64,000 nucleotides of DNA, taken from the NCBI GenBank assembly GCA_964016885.1, contig OZ024759.1:14632001-14696000 (forward strand), given 5' to 3'. Both the position numbers and the translations under genes were made by a program. Of the stretch, positions 59,401 through 64,000 are shown in pieces (positions within the stretch are counted from its first letter, which is position 1; the number at the start of each line of letters is the position of its first letter). This stretch comes from Eledone cirrhosa (Eukaryota). The notes under the pieces are model-generated. The model was not told the origin of the DNA, ran no database searches, and saw nothing but the letters and a program-made list of their open reading frames with translations.

Positions 59401-59844
59401 TATATATAAACACGTGTGTTTAAATGCACACACACATATATAGGTTAATTCGTATATATACACACATCTATGTCCATGAGTATGTCTCATCCTCCCCCTC
59501 GCACTCTTTCATTCTCTCTATATATCTAAATACACATACGCACTTATATATGTGTGTGTATATATATGTAAATATCTATGCATATAAAATTTTATACACT
59601 ACTTATCTACTCATATGCATCGAGTGCCTTTTAAATTAATAATGGGATATCTTTATGAAGAATGATAGACAAACCACTTCCAATATATATATATATATTC
59701 ATATATATATGTATATATATATATTCATATATATATGTATATATATATATTCATATATATATGTATATATATATATTCATATATATGTATATATATATAT
59801 TCATATATATAGGTATATATGTATGTATATATTCATATAAATAC

Positions 59845-59875
<31 letters not shown>

Positions 59876-60208
59876 CATATATATAGGTATATATATATGT
59901 ATATATATATTCATATATATAGGTATATATATATGTATGTATATATATATTCATATATATAGGTATATATGTATGTATATATATATATATTCATATATAT
60001 AGGTATATATATATGTATATATATATATATTCATATATATAGGTATATATGTATGTATATATTCATATAAATACATATATATATATGTATGGATATATTC
60101 ATATAGTTGCATATATATATATGTATGGATATATTCATATAGTTGCATATATATGTATGGATATATTCATATAGTTGCATATATATATGTATGGATATAT
60201 TCATATAA

Positions 60209-60248
<40 letters not shown>

Positions 60249-60927
60249 TTATACATACATACATCCATACATATATATACATCCATAAATATATATATAT
60301 ACAGATACATCCATATATATATATTTATATGCACACATATGAAGTAGATACATGTGGATACAATATGCAATAATAAATTACATTATTATGTAGCCATACT
60401 CAATAACACAATAACTCTATATTGTTATTGTGACTTTAATTCCCAAAATCTCGCATTATAAACCAAAATAAGAATAGCATGATATTATATATATCTTTTA
60501 CTTTTTAATCTGATACTTTACAGTCGTTTTGTAATGAGGTAAATAGATTTATTTCAATTATGTTCATGTTTTTCCCTCTATATCGATTCATTAAAAAAAT
60601 ATTTATACCCGTATTTGTATATGTGTATATGAATATGAATATGTATAAGCACATCCATATGTAATATGGCAGAAGTATATCGCAATATTGAATATGAAAT
60701 AATATCGTGCATTAAAGATTGTCACGCACAGATACATACATGCATATATATATGTGTGTGTGGGTATAAGCGTGTGTATATATGCACATATAAAATATAT
60801 ATGCTCAAGTAGGTAATAAGTAAATGTATGTACATCTCACCGTACACACAAGCAAACATACACACACACATATGAGAGAGAGATAGATAATGATAGACAT
60901 ATATATATGAGATATGAGAGATAATGG

Positions 60928-60958
<31 letters not shown>

Positions 60959-61464
60959 GGTAATGATAGAATAAGAGATAATGATATATATATAGAGAGA
61001 GAGGTAATGATAAAGAGATAATGATATATATAGAAAGAAAGAGAGATAATGACACATACATACAGACACACACACACACATATATATATATATATCTATA
61101 TCTATACGAGAGAGAAAGAAAGAGATAATTATATATACATAGAACTAAATTTTTAATATTTTTTTTCTCTGATCAATACCTGAAAATTAACATTTCCCAT
61201 ATGCAATAATTTAAGTGGCGAAAAATATGTTGTTTTCGTAGTAGTATTATGTAACATTACTTTTGTTGTAAATTATTTTAAATTCACATTAGCGATCATT
61301 TCAATGTTCTGTTAAAGAATTATAAAATAGAGGAAGGAATTGATAGAATAAAATAGAATTTAATTTTTTAACGGTGTATTTTTTTTACCCTATATTTGTA
61401 TGCTAAGAATAAATATTCGTTTGTTTAGTATCTTTCGATACTTTTGGTCTCTTATTGGTTTCAC

Positions 61465-62215
61465 TCATTAGACTGTGGGCATGCTGGGGCAACTTGTCAC
61501 TCGTTAGACCCTGGCCATACTGGGGCATCAGATTCTGGTGTTTATTTACTTGTCATTCGGTAGACTGTGGCCATGCTGGGGCACCACATTCTGGTGTTCA
61601 TTTACTTGTCACTCGTTAGACTGTGGCCATCCTGGGACACCACAATCTGGTGTTCTTTTAGTTGTCACGCATTAGATCCTGGCCATCCTGGGGCATCACA
61701 TTCTTGCAGTGTTTTACTGGTTTTAACTAGATGTGGCCATGCTGGGGCATCATATTCTGGTGTCCATTTACTTGTCACTCTTTAGACTGTGGCCATCCTG
61801 GGGCACCACACTCTGGTGTCCATTTACTCGTCACTCGTTAGATCCTGGCCATGCTGGGGTACCACATTCTGGGGTTCTTTTACTGGTTTTAACTAGTAGA
61901 CTGTGGCCATACTGGGGCACCACTTTCTCGTATTGTTTTAGTGGTTTTAACTAGTAGACTGTGGCCATGCTGGAGCACCATATACTTTTTATTCTTTTAT
62001 TGGTTTCACTCATTAGACTGTGGCCATACTGGGGCACCACAGTCTTGTATTCTTTTACTTGTCATTCGTTAGTCTCTGGCCATGCTGGAGCACCACGCTC
62101 TTTTATTCTCTTATTGATGCCAGTCATTAGACTGTGGCCATGCTGGAGCACCACGCTCTTTTATTCTTTTATTGGTGCCATTCATTAGACTGTGGCCTTG
62201 CTGGAGTACCACGCT
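61465..62215. repeat. ~55-60-bp minisatellite, about 13 units, core tagactgtggccatgctggggcacca
   Basis: Direct reading; units diverge gradually along the array. Confidence 0.9.
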
Positions 62216-62548
62216 AATTTAGTTGAACATGCTCACTCTTGTAAACATTTCCCCCAAACTATGAGTCTTCTTTTATTCACATTTCTAATTTCATTCATGT
62301 TGCTATAATAAGACGTTTTCTTTTTACAGATAAGGACCTGGGCTCTAGCCCTACATCTGTTCTTGTAAACAGTTATTTCTCCAAAGTTACCAATACGATT
62401 AATCTTATGTGTCATTTGTACATACATGGTGAACATATTATCTAGTCTTTATTCACCTTCACCTGTCAACAATCAACATAAAGCTATAGATTTTCTTTTA
62501 TACAAATCGCAAATTTCTGTTTATCGGATTGTTCCAATAGCCAGTAAC

Positions 62549-62621
<73 letters not shown>

Positions 62622-62999
62622 GTGTGTGTGTGGCATACCAAACCTCGACTCCTAAATTCATATATGAGGGTAGGCTGAGAATTCATAGGCTAACCAAGAT
62701 ACTCTCATGGACTGACGAAATGAAATTTACTTTTCAACATAGTCCCTGGAGAGAAACAATGTGGTTATTAATAAGAAGAGTTGACTTTAATGTATGTAAA
62801 TTCATCTCTAGCTGAACTCCTTCATAATCAGTCTATTACCAAGATACTCTCATGGAGGTTTATTTTTCAACAAAAGTAGGGTGGAATCGCAAACACAAGG
62901 TTCTAAAAACCTTCGCTAAGTACAAACCACTACCTCCCTACGGACAACTTACGCTGTACACCAGGTCCGAACACGGAAGAGCCGAATTCCCTCTGCCAT

Positions 63000-63150
63000 C
63001 GCCTCCATCTCTCTCGCCCTCCCATCTCTCTGTATGGTGAGCAAATGGGATCCCACGTGCTGACCACCCCACTGCCCCGGTGGAAAGAATGGAGAAGGCG
63101 TTTCTCCGAAGGATGGTAAGGGAGATGCGCTGAAAGAGCCATTACATCTC
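63000..63150 (-). mobile_element. CRE-clade extreme 3' fragment (copy 3)
   Basis: Colinear with 19250-19335 (LFQRISLTILRRNAFSIL). Confidence 0.65.
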
Positions 63151-63189
63151 CCTGGAAAGAAACAATGAAGCTGAGAAAAGTTGAAATTA

Positions 63190-63373
63190 ATTGTTTCTAT
63201 TTTTGGCACAAGGTCAGCAATTATCCCAGTGCATTACAGGTAGTTTATTTTATCGACCCCGTAAGGATGAAAGGCAAAGTTAACCTCGGCAGGATTTGAA
63301 ATCAGAGCGTCAAGGGACGTAATTCTATGCTGCAAAGCATGGCGTCCGACTCTCCACTGATACTACCAATCCA
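63190..63373 (-). mobile_element. Meta-like SINE
   Basis: Same motifs as 37093-37276. Confidence 0.85.
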
Positions 63374-64000
63374 TAATGTATGCAAGTTTTTTCAGCTCCA
63401 GCATAACTCCTTCATCGTCAGCTTATGGTCTTTTCAGCGGACCCTCGTTCATTAAATGCTCTTGTTTTCATTATTGACGGGATATGTTAGCTAGCTCTTT
63501 CATAATAATTTTAAAGATCCACCAATCATCAAATGACTTACTATTGGAAACCTTCGACGAGGGCCCAGCAATTACTTTCTATCTGTGGAATGTCATGGGT
63601 ATGATACCATCCAGTGACTGATGAGGTTTATGAAGGTCTACAATGAAATGTTTTAGTCAGATTCTGTGACTTTAATAAGTTGTCAACTATATATGCTATA
63701 TATATACTATATAATGTATAATATAATATTAATATGATATAATATATATATGTATATATATATGTATATATGTTCATAGATATATGTACATATATATATA
63801 TATATGTACATATATATATATGTACATATGTATGTATATATATGTATATGTACATATGTATGATAATGAAATCGACATTCTAATAAACACATGGCATTGC
63901 CTTACCCAAACAGAAGATATAGATGCTTCATCTCTGAACGACATTGCTAAACGTACAGTTCAATTTTTGAAAACTCGATCTGAACAACAGATTCAAAATA

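Noticed and set aside
61465-62215. CRISPR array
   Set aside because: Eukaryotic context, no cas genes, spacers homologous to each other, degenerate repeats.
62664-62875. Mariner-like terminal sequence (gagggtaggctgagaattcatagg..ttttcaacatagtccc)
   Set aside because: Only one decayed end with a short duplication; no partner TIR or transposase.

Overview
Eukaryotic, very AT-rich, microsatellite-saturated DNA. The tRNA-headed CORE-like and Meta-like SINE families and the huge (TA)n/(CA)n/(ATGT)n tracts suggest a coleoid cephalopod (Octopus-like); this is an inference. The only host gene I can support is a two-pore-domain K+ channel (K2P, TWiK/TRESK-like, about 434 aa). It has two coding exons (8040-8439, 29200-30104) joined by a 20.76-kb phase-1 intron that splits the first pore motif (STIG|YG). 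The rest is repeats: a decayed Helitron RepHel, 5'-truncated RTE, CRE, R4/Dong-like and Tx1-like LINE fragments, a Penelope-like GIY-YIG fragment, Tc1/mariner-type and hAT MITEs, and many SINEs. The most interesting unannotated signal is a dense set of short, mostly fold-back elements in or beside (TA)n tracts. They carry minimal type-I hammerhead ribozyme motifs (CUGANGA-stemII-GAAA-palindrome-UA with a pairing stem I): 9 well-formed cores plus degenerate ones, from several families, some inside the channel intron. All structures were read by eye; no folding or database search was run. Nearly all IY/CV/HT-rich ORFs are microsatellite artefacts.
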